Below, in pieces: positions 24,101 to 36,485 of a stretch of 64,000 bases of DNA. A program made the translations under genes and the position numbers. The DNA comes from Yuukianura sp. NJ FZ-2021. Lineage: Eukaryota. A model generated the notes under the pieces. It had not been told where the DNA came from. It saw only the letters and a program-made list of their open reading frames with translations, and did no database searches. Each line of letters opens with the position of its first letter. Position 1 is the stretch's first letter. The DNA lies in contig CM102284.1 in the NCBI GenBank assembly GCA_046563655.1, positions 8,928,001 through 8,992,000 on the forward strand. Direction: 5' to 3'.

Positions 24101-25861
24101 GAAAAAGTTGATCTTGAAAAAGTTGATTTTGAACAAGTTAATTTTGAAAAAGTTAATTTTGAAATGTTGAGCTCACCGTGGTGACTAAAGGACGGTGGTT
24201 AATGCTGAGTGGTGACAACGGTGAGCCGTTGAGCAGGATTAAGCGATGGAACAGTCCACCGTAGGCTTGTGACAGCGGCGACAGCGCCAGAATTCCAACA
24301 AACGCTGCATCCATGTCGAAACCCATCAAACTCACGTTGTTCTCGTCTCCACCAAAACCTTCAATATTTTCCTAAAAACAAAAAAAAAATCAAAATTTCA
24401 ACTTTTTCGAAGTTTTTTTTTATTTCCAAGTTAGTTTTTGGGTTTGGCTGACCCTGATCCACTGAAGCGCTGCCAACTGATCCCAGAGTCCGAAGTTTCC
24501 TCGGATATCTTCGGAGTATCCGGGATGCAGAAATCCGAGAATTCCGACACGATACCGAAACGACACCACGATAATGTTCCCAATTGCTGCCATACTTGAG
24601 CCATCGAACGGATCTTCCGGATCGTCCGCATGCGAGTTGGCATACACCAGAACCGGTAAACTTTTCTGAGCTACAAGCAAAATTGAAATGTTAAAAAAGA
24701 TTTGACCTTTGACCTTTTACTAACAGTCTTTGACATTTTACTAAAAGTTTTTGAACTAACAGTTTTTGACCTAAAAGTTTTCGATCTTTTACTAAAAGTT
24801 CTTGACCTAAAAGTTTTAGCCTTTTCCCCAAACGTTATTCTCCTTTCACTAAAAGTTTTTGACCTAAGAGTGTTTGAGCTGAAGTTTTTGACCCAAAAGT
24901 TTTTGATCTAAAAGTTTTCGATCTTCTACTAAAAGTTTTTGATCTTTTTACTAAAAGTTCTTGACCTAAAAGTTTTAGACTTTCACCCAAAAGTTATTTA
25001 TCTTTCACTAAAAGTTTTTGACGTAACAGTTTGAGCTGAAGTTCTTGACCCATAAATTTTTTATCTAAAAGTTTTTGATCTTTTACTAAAAGTTTTTGAT
25101 CTTTTACTAAAAGTTTTTGATCTTTTACTAAAAGTTGTTCACCTAAAAGTTTTAGCTCTTTCCCCAAAAGTTACCTTTCACTAAAAGTTTTTGACGTAAC
25201 AGTGTTTGAGCTGAAGTTCTTGACCCATAAGTTTTTGATCTAAAAGTTTTTGATCTTTTACTAAAACTTTTCGATCCATTTCCTTACATGTACGTGGTGC
25301 ATAGATGTCCAAGTAGAGACAGTCTTCGAGCGTATCCTGTTTGAGATCACTCATGATTCTGCGAATGCTGTCTGGTCCTCTGTACACATTCAGCGTCTCA
25401 AAGTGCTTCGGACACGCCGGTCTTGATTCGTTGGCAAAGTAAGTTTTGTTCATCTGCAAAACGATGGGGGCGGGGCTTTCGTAGCGTAGCTGTGCCACTG
25501 GAGCACTCGCGTATGGAATTCCTTTGAAAACCTGAAAAAACCAAAACCCATTTTTAGAAAAACCAAAAATGTCAATTTCAAAAATTTCAAACTCTAGTTT
25601 AAAAATTAAAAATTAAATTAAAAATTAAAATTAAAAAATTAAAAAAAAAAGTTTAAAAATCTAGTATCTCAAAAAACTTACATCGACACCAGGATGATAC
25701 TGGCCCGCTGCGAGTCCGTAACTACGTAGATTCGTTGGTCCTATCACGCCCTGCCACTGTGTGTGTTTTGTAAAAGCGATTCCGGTTGACCCAGAGGTCA
25801 AAGTCCATGTCAAGGTCACTGTCCACAAAAACACAAGCGTCCTTACCCCAACTGGGGCCAT
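21115..25861 (-). CDS. Neuroligin-like non-catalytic cholinesterase-family type I membrane protein (multi-exon)
   Basis: Signal peptide MAPVGVRTLVFLW..., then FKGIPYA, EDCLYLDIYAP, YRVGILGFL, GNFGLWDQLAALQWI and FGGDENNVSLMG. A TM helix (LFIGCTFLLVLNFLCFCGLF) precedes a long disordered cytoplasmic tail. The nucleophile elbow reads GFDMD, with no Ser. Confidence 0.85.
21190..21350 (-). repeat. Coding 33-bp tandem repeat (11 aa, NADS[T/I]PLLPAR), about 5 copies
   Basis: Visible in both the DNA and the translation of ORF 21115-22590. Confidence 0.85.
24700..25275. repeat. Intronic composite tandem repeat (CTAAAAGTTTTTGA-type subunits in a higher-order unit of about 160-175 bp, about 3 copies)
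   Basis: The block CTAAAAGTTCTTGACCTAAAAGTTTTAG...GTTTGAGCTGAAGTT recurs near 24792, 24951 and 25127. Confidence 0.8.
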
Positions 25862-27349
25862 TTCCACATCACTTTCACAAACATCCATTTTTTTCAAAAT
25901 TTGGAAACAAAAAAAAACTTCAAAATTTAAAAAGAATTAAAAAAAAGTTTGTGTTTCGCGACTTTTTCAGAGGGCAAGGTCAGTCCATGGCCTTAACCTA
26001 AAAACTTTTCACTCCGCAGCTCCATTTCTAGAAAATTCAAAAAATATGTTTTTAAAATGTTCTACAAATTTTGAAAAGTGCTTCTAATCTGGTTGGTTTG
26101 AATGTTCAACGGAAACTGAAAAAGTGAAATGACTCTACGCTATCTTTTGCATGTGCCAAAGCTGGAAATTGAAAAAACGACAAGTCTTTTCAGTTGTCTT
26201 TGCCCAAACTAAACTCTATTTTTGGATGTTCAAAAAAATCCAAGAGGCATTTCACCATAAGGACTATTTGAAACGGAAGGAAAAGTTTAGAAAAAACGGA
26301 GAGGACTTTGATTCAAGTGCCTTGGAATCTCTAGAGCCTCATTTTAGAACATAGTTTTTAGAACAGCGTTTTTTAGAAGATGTGCTATAAAGTGTGTAGG
26401 TGCGTGGAAGCATTCTCTCCTTAAACCATTAATTTGTTACAGTCAAGATGAGTAATTGAAGAACAGAGTGATGGATTTGTTTCGCAGTTTCAACAACTAC
26501 TTCTGCATTAAGTGAGACAGGGCACTTAAAGACTTTCAAAAACTTCACCTTTTACAACTTTATCAAAATTTTCGAAACTCAAAAACTGAAACTTGAAAAC
26601 GAAAACCGGCATTCCCAGTTTTCGGAGAAAAAGGAAAAACGTACACTTCTACTTCAAAAACCGAATTGTTGTCTTTGATCACTCTTTTTGAATTCAGAGA
26701 ATTGAAATTTCGAAAATTCCTGTAAGATTTTCAAAATTTTGGTTTTGTAATTCGAAATCGCCACTCGCTAGGTTTTCCAAACTAAAAAGTTTCTCCTAAG
26801 CGTGTAAACCCAGAAAGTTTTTCTGAACGGCGTAAACTTTAGCAACAAAAAAAAACATTTTGTTGTTCCAAACCACAATTTTTTTTGCGGTTTTTGACCT
26901 CTGTGCGTTTTCGGCTTAGCACAACGGTGCGTAATTTTTTAAAAACTGAAATTATGTCATGAATTTTTCAATTTCGAAATTTTTTTCAAAACACAATTTG
27001 AAAGTTTGAACGTTGGGAGTATGCGGTTCATTACATTTGGTCCACGTGTGTAATAGATGGGAATGTAACTGATTAAGGAAGTTGGTGATGATGACGGTGA
27101 CTAAAGTCGTAGGCAGCATCAGACTACTGGCAGTACATTGCACAAGCACAAGAGGGAGGGTGGCCAGTTGCCAAAAAATGTCACCTTTCCAAAATCCAAC
27201 TTCTTTAGAATCCTAACGTGTGTTTTAGAAAAAAAGAATAAACTTTATTTATAACTTCGGCCTCTACAAAAACACAAACATCCTTCCAGGATAAGGCCAA
27301 GTTAAGAGAAATTTTCGCAATAAGATTCACTTTCACGGCGTCCCTGGAA

Positions 27350-27685
27350 CAAAACATGAACTTTGCTAAAAGTTCAGGTTTGCATGAGGTACCGGGTACC
27401 ACCAACATACCCGGTACCGGGTAGAATCAAAAATACCCGGGCACCACTTCCTTTCCAAGAAGTTACATCGAGAAAACATGAACTTTGCTAAAAGTTCAGG
27501 TTTGCATGAGGTACCGGGTACCACCAACCTGCCCGGTACCGGGTAGAATCAAAGTACCCGGGTACCACTTCTTTTTCAGGAAGTTACATCGAGAAAACAT
27601 GAACTTTAGCCTGTGTAAAGCAAAGTTTACGTTTTCATAGGGTACCCAGTACCGGGAAAAATCAAAAGTACCCGGGAAAATCGGC
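27350..27685. repeat. Palindrome-rich tandem repeat of about 123 bp (2 full copies plus a partial one), likely derived from a non-autonomous transposon
   Basis: The unit AAAACATGAACTTTGCTAAAAGTTCAGG...CCCGGTACCGGG...GAAGTTACATCGAG starts at about 27351, 27474 and 27595. Confidence 0.75.
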
Positions 27686-28207
27686 GCCAATTTAGGGATG
27701 CCGACGCTTCTTTTCCAGGAAGTTACATTGACTTTGAAGTTTCAAGTTTTGAGAAGCTTACGGATGCTGAAGATGTTAAGACTTTGTGTGTCTGTACGCA
27801 TATTCGTGGCCCGTTGGCCCATCTGTCCCATGTCAAGCTCACCGATTGGACAGGGAGATACGCTCATTTATCAAAAAGCGACTCTCGCATTTCAACTCCC
27901 TCACTAAAACCCAGTCAGAGACAGCCAGTGGGCTCACGGTTTAGGAATTTTAGAAATTCTAAACAAACCTAAAAGAAAAGAGGATTCATGAGTCAGTTAT
28001 TCAGAAAAATCTGTGTGATTCAATCCACCACAACATCTTCAAAAATTTGGAAAATCCAAATTTTTAAATTTTTCAAAATTTCAATTGTCAAACTTACCAA
28101 ATAAACAGAAGTCCCCGCAGCTCCGCTTTCTCTCTTCTTTTAATTTTTTAGAAACTTCAGATACGAATTGTAAAATCTGTGTTGTTCTTGATCCACTTTT
28201 CATAAAC

Positions 28208-31200
28208 TTACAAAAAAAGTTCATTCATTCCCTCATCTGCATAGCAAAAAATTAGTTCTGTTGAGATCGCTTCTTGTTTTTGCATCTGACTCAAACCTTG
28301 AAAATTTCTTAGAAAAATCTGCTTCCTTCTTAAAAAACTTCTTCTGGAATCGGGCCAAAAAATTGAGCAATTTGATTCACTGGAATTCGAAAAAAACAAA
28401 AAACAAAGTGAGGTCAACCATTTGAACAAAACATCTGAAATTCAAATTTCAGATTCTGAAAAAATCTGAAATTCGGATCAAAGATTCTGCAAAAATCTGC
28501 ATTTCTTTTACAAATCGTATTTTTTTTTTCGTAAAATTGTCTCACTTTCTGGTGAATAGCTGGAACTTCCCAACTCCAGAATGAGTTCCCACGCTCTCTT
28601 TACTCTCACTCCCAACGCTGTGACCTCTAACACTGGAATCCCCGTTTTCCACTTCTTTCCGAGGATTAGTGTGCTATGAAGCATCTAAAACATAAAAGTA
28701 TGATTACGTTTTGGAATTGTTCTCAAATGACTAATCGATTGACTCACTGGTTTGATAATCATAGAGTCCATGACCTTCAAACTCAGAATTCGAAACAACG
28801 GCCAATTACTAGACGCTTCTTCATAGACTAAAAACAAACAAATAGTTAAGGAGAAACTAAAAATCGATTACATGATTAGTTCACTTGATAAAAATCGATT
28901 AGTTGATTAGTTCGATTGATAAAAATCTATTGATCATTACTTTTGAGGATTTCGTTAATGTCGGACGTAGTTTCGATCAATGTCAAACTAGCGTCTTGGC
29001 TGGGATTAAAAACTGCAAAAAGCACAAATGACCGAAGACTTGTCCAGAAGTGAATCATGGCAAACCGGATAAGCAGAAGCTGCTTCCGTTCGGCTTCTGT
29101 AGCGGCTTTGCAAACTAAAAAAAAAACAAGAAAATCTTAAGGATTTTGTACAGAAATTTTAAAATTTTGCATTTTTTTGAAATTTTAGATGAAAATTTTG
29201 AATTTCTTACGCTTTGGACTCAAACGATTGAGCACCCAAAGGCCTTTTCTGATCCGAAAAACTTCTTTGGCGACATATTCATAGCGACTTATCGTTTTCG
29301 GTGTGAGGAAGAGCGTTAAAGGAAACTGCGGCTGAATTTTGAATTCAAAACTGGCAGTAGTACTGTTCTCCTCAAAAACGAATTCAATTTCAAAACAGTT
29401 TCGGTCTTCTGGATACATCATGTTCAAAATAGCTTGGAATTTCGTATTTGGGCTCTCTGCTTCATCGAGTTGACCCTAAAACAAACAAAAATCAAAAATC
29501 TTTCAAAAATTGTTTCAAAATTTTATGAAATTCAGAAAATTTTGAACTTACCATTTGCTCCAAAACTCTCGTTTGATATCCAAGTCGAATGCAGGCCAAA
29601 GCGAATTCTTCCTTGCCCCCGAAAATGATTTCTTGCAAAAGTCTCACTGTGTTGGAAATGTCATACCGTTGAAATAAGTCCATCAGAGAATGCTGGCTAT
29701 ACCGGAAGTACGGATCTAGATACTTGTCCAGTACTTTTTTCAAAGCATGATTCGGCTGCATCAGCGGTACTGCTTCGATACTTGCAAATCTCTCCACTTC
29801 CTCACAGATACTTCCAACATCAAACGCCTTCGATGGTGGATGCTGCTTCAACAATGTCTCAAATCCTCCAGAAATCACCGAATCCTTCAAGCCCAGATAA
29901 GCCAAATGTCCTTCCAGCTCCAATTTTTCATTTGATACTGATACTGACTGTTGCCTAGCAACAATATTTGCCAGCATTTCTGTTTTTCCAAGCAGTTCTT
30001 CCAGGAATTCCTTAGCAATAGTTTTGTAACAAGGTAGAGGCGGAGCCAGTTGTTGTGCAGACAGTCCAATTTCAGTTCCCAGTTGATTCACAACTTCTTG
30101 TACTTTGAGTACTGTCAGTACTTTGGGCAGTATCCAAGTTAGAAAAGATACTTGGCGGAGATTCAATTTAGCAAATTCGGTGTCAATTCCATGTAGAGTG
30201 ATTACTTCATTCCAGAAATTCTGTTCGCTTATTTTGATTTCAGTTGATCTTTTAAACAGGAATTCAGTGTTGTCCCAGTCAGGCATCTCCAGTGGCCTTA
30301 GGATTTGGTCCAGAGAGGTGAGCAGACATTTGGAAAAAATGTACAGTACAAGACCATATAACGGAGGATGTGAAATTAAAGTTAACTGGATTTCTAAACA
30401 TGAGATGAGTTGTAACGCTTTGAGCCAATTGGGAGTCTCATCTGAAATAGTCACTGCTTGACTGTGAATATGTTCCAAGGAGGTCATAAGTTTCATTGTG
30501 GGTTGGACAAGAGCTTCCAGTTGAACAAGAGTCGTAGGACGACGAGTACTGCTTGATGCTGGCGATGCTGATGCTGATGCTGTTGGAATTTTAAGACTTC
30601 GTTCAATTCCATCGATGCCACGAGTAGCAAAAGTCAGCACCCGGGAGAGAGAGTCTGAGTAGGTGGAGTATATTGGCGGAAAGACTGTGGATCCTCCAGA
30701 ATTGCAAGATTGGATAAAGTGTTTCATTTTTTGGAGTTTTGAGAAAACTGATCCGAAGGATGACATGAACGAGTGAAGAGCAGAATGTGACAGAGTCTTG
30801 ACAGTAATTTCTGGACGCAGTTTCCAGTCTGAGTTGAATAGAATTGAGTTACTGTTGGATGGACTCACAAATTGCCAAATCAGTTCCTGGATAATGTCGC
30901 TTTCGGAGAGAAATAAGGTGGATGGTCGTTGGTTCTGTGAGGATGCTTTTTTCCATTCCCTGTATCATAAAATAGAGGAAGAAAGAAGTCATCAGATAAT
31001 CAGCGATTAGAAAAAAATGAAAATCTTACCAATGCTCTCCAAATCTGGTGTAAAGAGACATGAGACTTGATATGACTGGTTGCTCCGTGAGTGGAACAGG
31101 TTCAACATGGTGAAGATTTGCTCGCAAATTGTGGTTCGACTTATCGGCTTGACCTTCCCAATATTTGAGAGCTTTCAACTTCATCTCAGCTTCGGACGGT

Positions 31201-32111
31201 GCTGACACTTTTGGCGGTTCTGGAAGAGGTTCCTTAGCTAATGGTTTCTGTTGCACAACTTGTTCAGCATCATCGTCACTTGATGAAGACAAGTCCCATT
31301 CCTGCAAAGTTTGCAAAATTATTGATTAGTTGTTTAACACAATTGTTAGAAATTAGAAAAAAAAACTCACGCTCAAGTCTTCTTCAGAAGAATACCGAAC
31401 GTCGAGCCTTATGCTTAGTAAATCGTTGACAACTTCTTGTCGAAATTCTTCCTGCTTGCGCTCAGCTTGTCTCAACTCTTCTCCAAAAAGTACCAGTTCG
31501 GCATTATCCACGTCTTCTTCAACTGATGTCGAGTATTCTGTACTCCTCAGAACAAAATCCTTCGATGGTTGATCATACATCTCCGTTAAGAACGTTAGCA
31601 TGGCCTTGTACGTCTCGGGCTACAAAAACCATACAATTATCACACAATTTTACAAAATACTTCACTGATGAAACTATTTTCAACCAACCTTCATGGCCCA
31701 CTTTTGCTTCAAGACGGATTGGAGGTATTTCAATCGCTCGGCACGTTCTGGATAGCTTTGGATTCTCAACTTGAGTATGATCGCTGATACTTTGGCTTCA
31801 ACTTCCTTCAGATCTTGCCAAACGTCACTTCCATCTTGAACAAGGTAGGCCGGTTTTGCATGGTATAAATACTCCAACACTCCAGTTTCCTATAACACAA
31901 GTCAGAAATTGGTCATTTCAGTAAACATCGCTGAACCGCTTGTGATATGCTGCATTGTTTATAGTACCGTGCGCTGTTTGAACACTTCTGCTTCAGCTTC
32001 TTCTTTTAATTTCCTTCGAGCATACAAAGATGAAGATGAAACGGCAGAAATGGCCAGACTACTTTTCGTACTTGACGTTGACACGGATGACGATGACAGG
32101 GCTTCGGCCAT
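28208..32111 (-). CDS. TUBGCP5: Gamma-tubulin complex component 5 (multi-exon; apparent 1-bp frameshift near 28640)
   Basis: EWDLSSSSDD...YWE, LSESDIIQELIW, ITVKTLSHSALHSFM, FPLTLFLTPKTISRYEYVAKEVFRIRKGLWVLNRL and IRFAMIHFWTSLRSFV resemble GRIP1/GRIP2 blocks of GCP5. The 3' end is uncertain: the in-frame stop as written is at 28627. Confidence 0.75.
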
Positions 32112-32529
32112 CTTGCTCTCCCGGGCGCGCTGACCTGCAGTACAAGATGTGCAGAACTGAACTTTTAACTTATTGAATTGCAGCTTCCAAGTAAATTAAA
32201 ACTCAATTAAAAGCAAATTCCAATTAACTACTACAAATTAACCATGTGACGTTTGTAAACAAAACGGTTGCCCTAAAACACACTTATCAGAACGACCCTC
32301 CAAAAAGTCACCATGTTCGTATATGGGCACATACTTTTTTTAATTAATCGTTAACAGTGTTTTAATTTAGGTTTTATAACTAATTAACGTTAAGTTAACT
32401 ATGATAATATGAAATAATATATTTAATTAATGGGTGTACTAAATAATATGCAAATTATAATCATATTATTCCAAATAATATAGTATAATCAATGAATAAT
32501 CCAATAATTATTGGATTTTGTAAATTCTT

Positions 32530-33452
32530 TCAGTAATGTCTCTGGAAGCTGTTTGTGCGGTATGGCGGGCGGGAATTTGCTGGATTCGTTTGCAGTGCAG
32601 GATACAGGTTAGTTGACCCTTGACCTTGGCCTGCTGTCGACCCTGTATTGGCAATATGTGCTCTTGGAACAGTAAACACTGGAGGAAGTTGTATTGGCAG
32701 CGGTTCTTCGTGGAAGTCCGGCTCTAGATCTTGCTCATAAAATGGCGGAGGCGACATTTGACGGGGCATCTGTGATTGTTGGGGATACCCAGGAGGAACG
32801 CCATAACCTTGTGGCATTTTCGGGGGCATCTCCTGTCTAAATCCATTAGGATCAGCGTAATTGTAAACGTGAACCTGTTGTGGCGCTGGCGGGACGGCCC
32901 GTTTAGGCTTAGCAAGTAGGTAAAAGAATCCATTTGCAATTGCTGCCGAAGCTGCTGCTAATTTGATCTCAAACTCTTGACAGCCATCGGTCGTGCATTT
33001 TTCGTTTTCGATGTCAACTGTGGACCATATCAACAGCGACGCAACACCAATCAGTATGAAGGAGCTGAAGACTCTCCAGCAAATTTCCTGGACAAAAACA
33101 AATGACACAACGTGACAGACAACCATGTACCGTGAGCGATTCATAATCGTATGACTCATTTATAAGTCTAGATTAAACGATTGGTCCTTACCCATGTCCT
33201 TTGCGTTCTTTTTGAAAAGGCAATCAGGAACACAATGGCTTCCAGAATGTAGAAACCGGTAACGGACATAAAGGATATTTCATATGCGCTGGTCCACGCA
33301 GAGCTGAAGTAAGCGTATGTCTCCAGCCCGAAACTAGCGGCTCCAAGAGCCTATGAAAATAAGATGATCAATTAATCTAGTACTAACTTTTAGTAATCAA
33401 AATGTAAAAAGAAACTTACAATATTCGCACTTCTTGCAATTCTGTAGTCCAT
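32530..33452 (-). CDS. Four-TM MARVEL-like membrane protein with a Pro-rich PPxY tail (3 exons)
   Basis: MDYRIARSANI|ALGAASFGL...FYILEAIVFLIAF...W|EICWRVFSSFILIGVASLLIW...KLAAASAAIANGFFYLL gives four hydrophobic helices. The tail contains PPGY and PPFY. Confidence 0.65.
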
Positions 33453-33625
33453 CTTGTAGAAGTCGACAATCCAACCGCACCTCGATCCGAAATTACGATC
33501 TAGTGACTCCAACAGATTCAGGTGACTGTCAATCTACTACGCTGAAGCTTCGGACAACGTTATCTCAACACCCTTATTGCAACTTACCGAAAACAGCTCA
33601 TCCCTTATCTCCGTATTATCCAGAA

Positions 33626-33633
33626 TATCGATA
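33626..33633. promoter_or_regulatory. DRE-like element TATCGATA upstream of the MARVEL-like gene
   Basis: Exact 8-bp palindrome about 175 bp upstream of ATG 33452. Confidence 0.35.
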
Positions 33634-33782
33634 TCATTCTTCCATTATCACCAAGTATGCGATGCTGATAAAGGTAAGCCCAACAGAAAGTGAAAGCAAT
33701 TTTATGTTTAAAATCCCTCTTTTGTTTTATTCATCATCGTTTTACTGCTTTCGTTTTATTTGGTCAGGACGATTTTTGGTTT

Positions 33783-35829
33783 TTAAAAAACTCGCTCTTT
33801 GAAAATGGCAAAAAACTTTTCTGGATCGAGAAAAAAGCCAGGAGGACCTTGAATATTTGGCAATGGTTTGGACGGGTCATTTCCAATGTCGAATCGCTGA
33901 AAAATGCTTGTGATGAAGAGAAAGTAGTTGTCTCTGCCCATTGTTTCTCCAAGACACTGTCTCTTTCCAGTTCCAAATGGCATTAGGTCTTGGTTTTTAG
34001 TGACAGTTTTTCCATCCGAACTCAAAAATCGTTCTGGTCGGAACTGTTCGGGATCTCCATAAATTTGTTTGCTGTAATTAATCGAGTAGAAATTGGGAAT
34101 GATGACAGTTCCTTTCCGAATGTCGTAGCCACCAAGAGTAGCGTCTTCTGTGGTTTCATGTAAGAGTCCAAGTGGTGTTAGTGATGCAAATCGCATAACT
34201 TCCATTGTTAGAGCCTCGGTAAACGGGAGACTGAAAAGTTTTTCAGAAAAAGTTGGAAAATGGTTTTGAAAGTTAGTTTTTTAAGGATTTTTTGAAAGTA
34301 GAACAAACTTTGGGCGATCAGCTAAAGTCGGTAAGCGGTTTTTGCCGACTACTTCATCCAATTCCTTTTGAAATTTTTTCTGGACATGCGGAAATCGTAT
34401 GAGGTACAAAATTGTCCATGCAATTAGGGTTGAAGTTGTTCCGGATCCAGCTCCGTATAAGTCACTAAGAGCTATGTGGAGCATCTTGTCTAGATTTCAA
34501 AATTTTGAAAATTAGAATTTTGACTTTTTGGTTGAGGTAAGGTTTAACGCGTGTCATTGTAACAACCGACTTTTTTTTGAATTTTTCGAAATCTTACGTC
34601 CTCTTTCTCCATAAAAGCTAGAGTTTGGATCTGTTGTTTTTTTGACTTCTTGGAGGTAAACGTCGATTAAATCTCTTGGTTGACTTGCGTCAACGGGATT
34701 CTGAATGTGATGTTCAACTGCGTCTGTGAAATACTTTAAAAGCGGTTGTACTTTTCCCACATAATTCTCCCAGCTTTTGAGCATAAATTTTGGCAAAATG
34801 TCCAGTAATTCTGGAAACAACATGAACACTCCAGCCGATTGTCCTACTTCATTGAACACCCTGTGATCCAAAAATTTCGTTTTCAATTAGGGCAAAATTG
34901 AATTTCAACTTGTTTTGAAAGAATAAGAAGTTCAAAATTTTGAAGGTGTTACTCGTTGGTTGTGTCGATGATATTCTGTAATTTTGTGTCATCTTGATTT
35001 TGTCTTTCTCCCGCCATCATTGCCCAGAGTGTGCTCACTGTTGCCAAAATTAGTCGTGGTTTCACTTCTGTTGGAACTCCTTCGTTTTCTTTCATCCATT
35101 TCAAAAATTCGTGAATTTCTTCCATGATTAAACCCTCCATAGACTTTTTTCCAAAACCAAAATCACGTAGACTCCTCAGAACAAATCGGCGTTGTTCTAA
35201 AAATTGCGATTTTTCAGTTTCGATATCAGCGGTACAAGTGAACTGCTTTTGGCTCACTTCAACCAATTCTTACCTGCCCATTCCTGGCCTTCCCCATTTC
35301 CTATGCCTAGTAAATATTATAAATAATTAATATAAAATATAATAATTCAATTCCTTTTTAAATTCTGCCTCACCGTGTTTTCCTCCTGAAAATACTGTGA
35401 AAGCTGGGTTGTCTGTTCTACCATTGAAAGCTTGGTGGTTGAACGCCTCACGTAACAACTTTGCATCGTCAATAATCAACGCACTGGAAATTTTTTTTTC
35501 AAAATTTGTACTAACTCTGATTTTTTCTTAAAATATGAAATTTTGAAAAGTTACTCTCTGAATCCATATTTGGTTCTGATGAGAGGTCCATATTTTTTGG
35601 CCCACTGTTGAAACGTAATTTGTGGATAGGCTCCAGCGGTATAAATTCCACTCAAAAATGGAATGTTCCATGGTCCTATTTTCACAATTTTAGAAAATTC
35701 AAAATTTTGATTTTTGTTAATTCATTTTAAATGCAGACCTGGTGGAAGATTTTGTTTTTTCTTGATGAAAAAGTAGTAGATGACAAAAAGTCCGGAAAAT
35801 ATTAAAAAAAGGTCCAGTGCGGTGGCCAT
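33783..35829 (-). CDS. Cytochrome P450, CYP2 clan, copy A (multi-exon)
   Basis: N-terminal anchor and LPPGP, WAEQRRFVLRSLRDFGFGK, PRDLIDVYL, I-helix AGSGTT, EVMR, PERF and heme motif PFGTGKRQCLG. Confidence 0.95.
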
Positions 35830-36485
35830 TTTTTCTGAATTTCGACTCCGGTCAAACGCAAAACTAACTATGAAAACGATATTTTTAATGACAAGTTACA
35901 CTATATAAGTGTTTTATTTGTGCTCTTGAAAAAGATAATTGAATTTGAGTGGTCAGTTTAGAATATGCAATGCATAAGAGGCAAAGTAGTGCAAAAAGTG
36001 TGTTTTTTTTTCAAAGATAACCTTGGACTAAACTTAAATCTGCAAACAACAGAAGCAAAACCATTCTAATTTTCACACTCATGTGATCACTGTCACATGA
36101 GGGTTTATTCCAGTGGAGATGACAAGATAAAAAAACGAAATACTAGCTGTAGCTGACGAAACTCTAATCATGTATGTTTTTGTTTGAATTTCAAGGTCAA
36201 AGGTCACGGATCCATGGTTGCCACTCCTACGCCTGAGAGTCCACGCAGAATCGTCAAGACAAGTAATTTATCCAGATTTTTTAAACATAACCCCTAAAAG
36301 TATGCTGCAATTATAGTAACCTAATTTTGTTGTTTTGTTTTTTTAGTTTCGAAGTTTCGGGTGTGCAAAAGGCCACAGAATGACAAAAACGCTGATCAAG
36401 GTAAGCTCAAGACAAAGTGAAAGCAATTTCAAGTTCAAATTCCGTCCTTTGTTTATTCGTAATCGGTCACTACGATTTTTGGTTT

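Noticed and set aside
8137-27685. CRISPR interpretation of the tandem arrays at 8137, 24700 and 27350
   Set aside because: The context is eukaryotic, and there are no unique spacers or cas genes.
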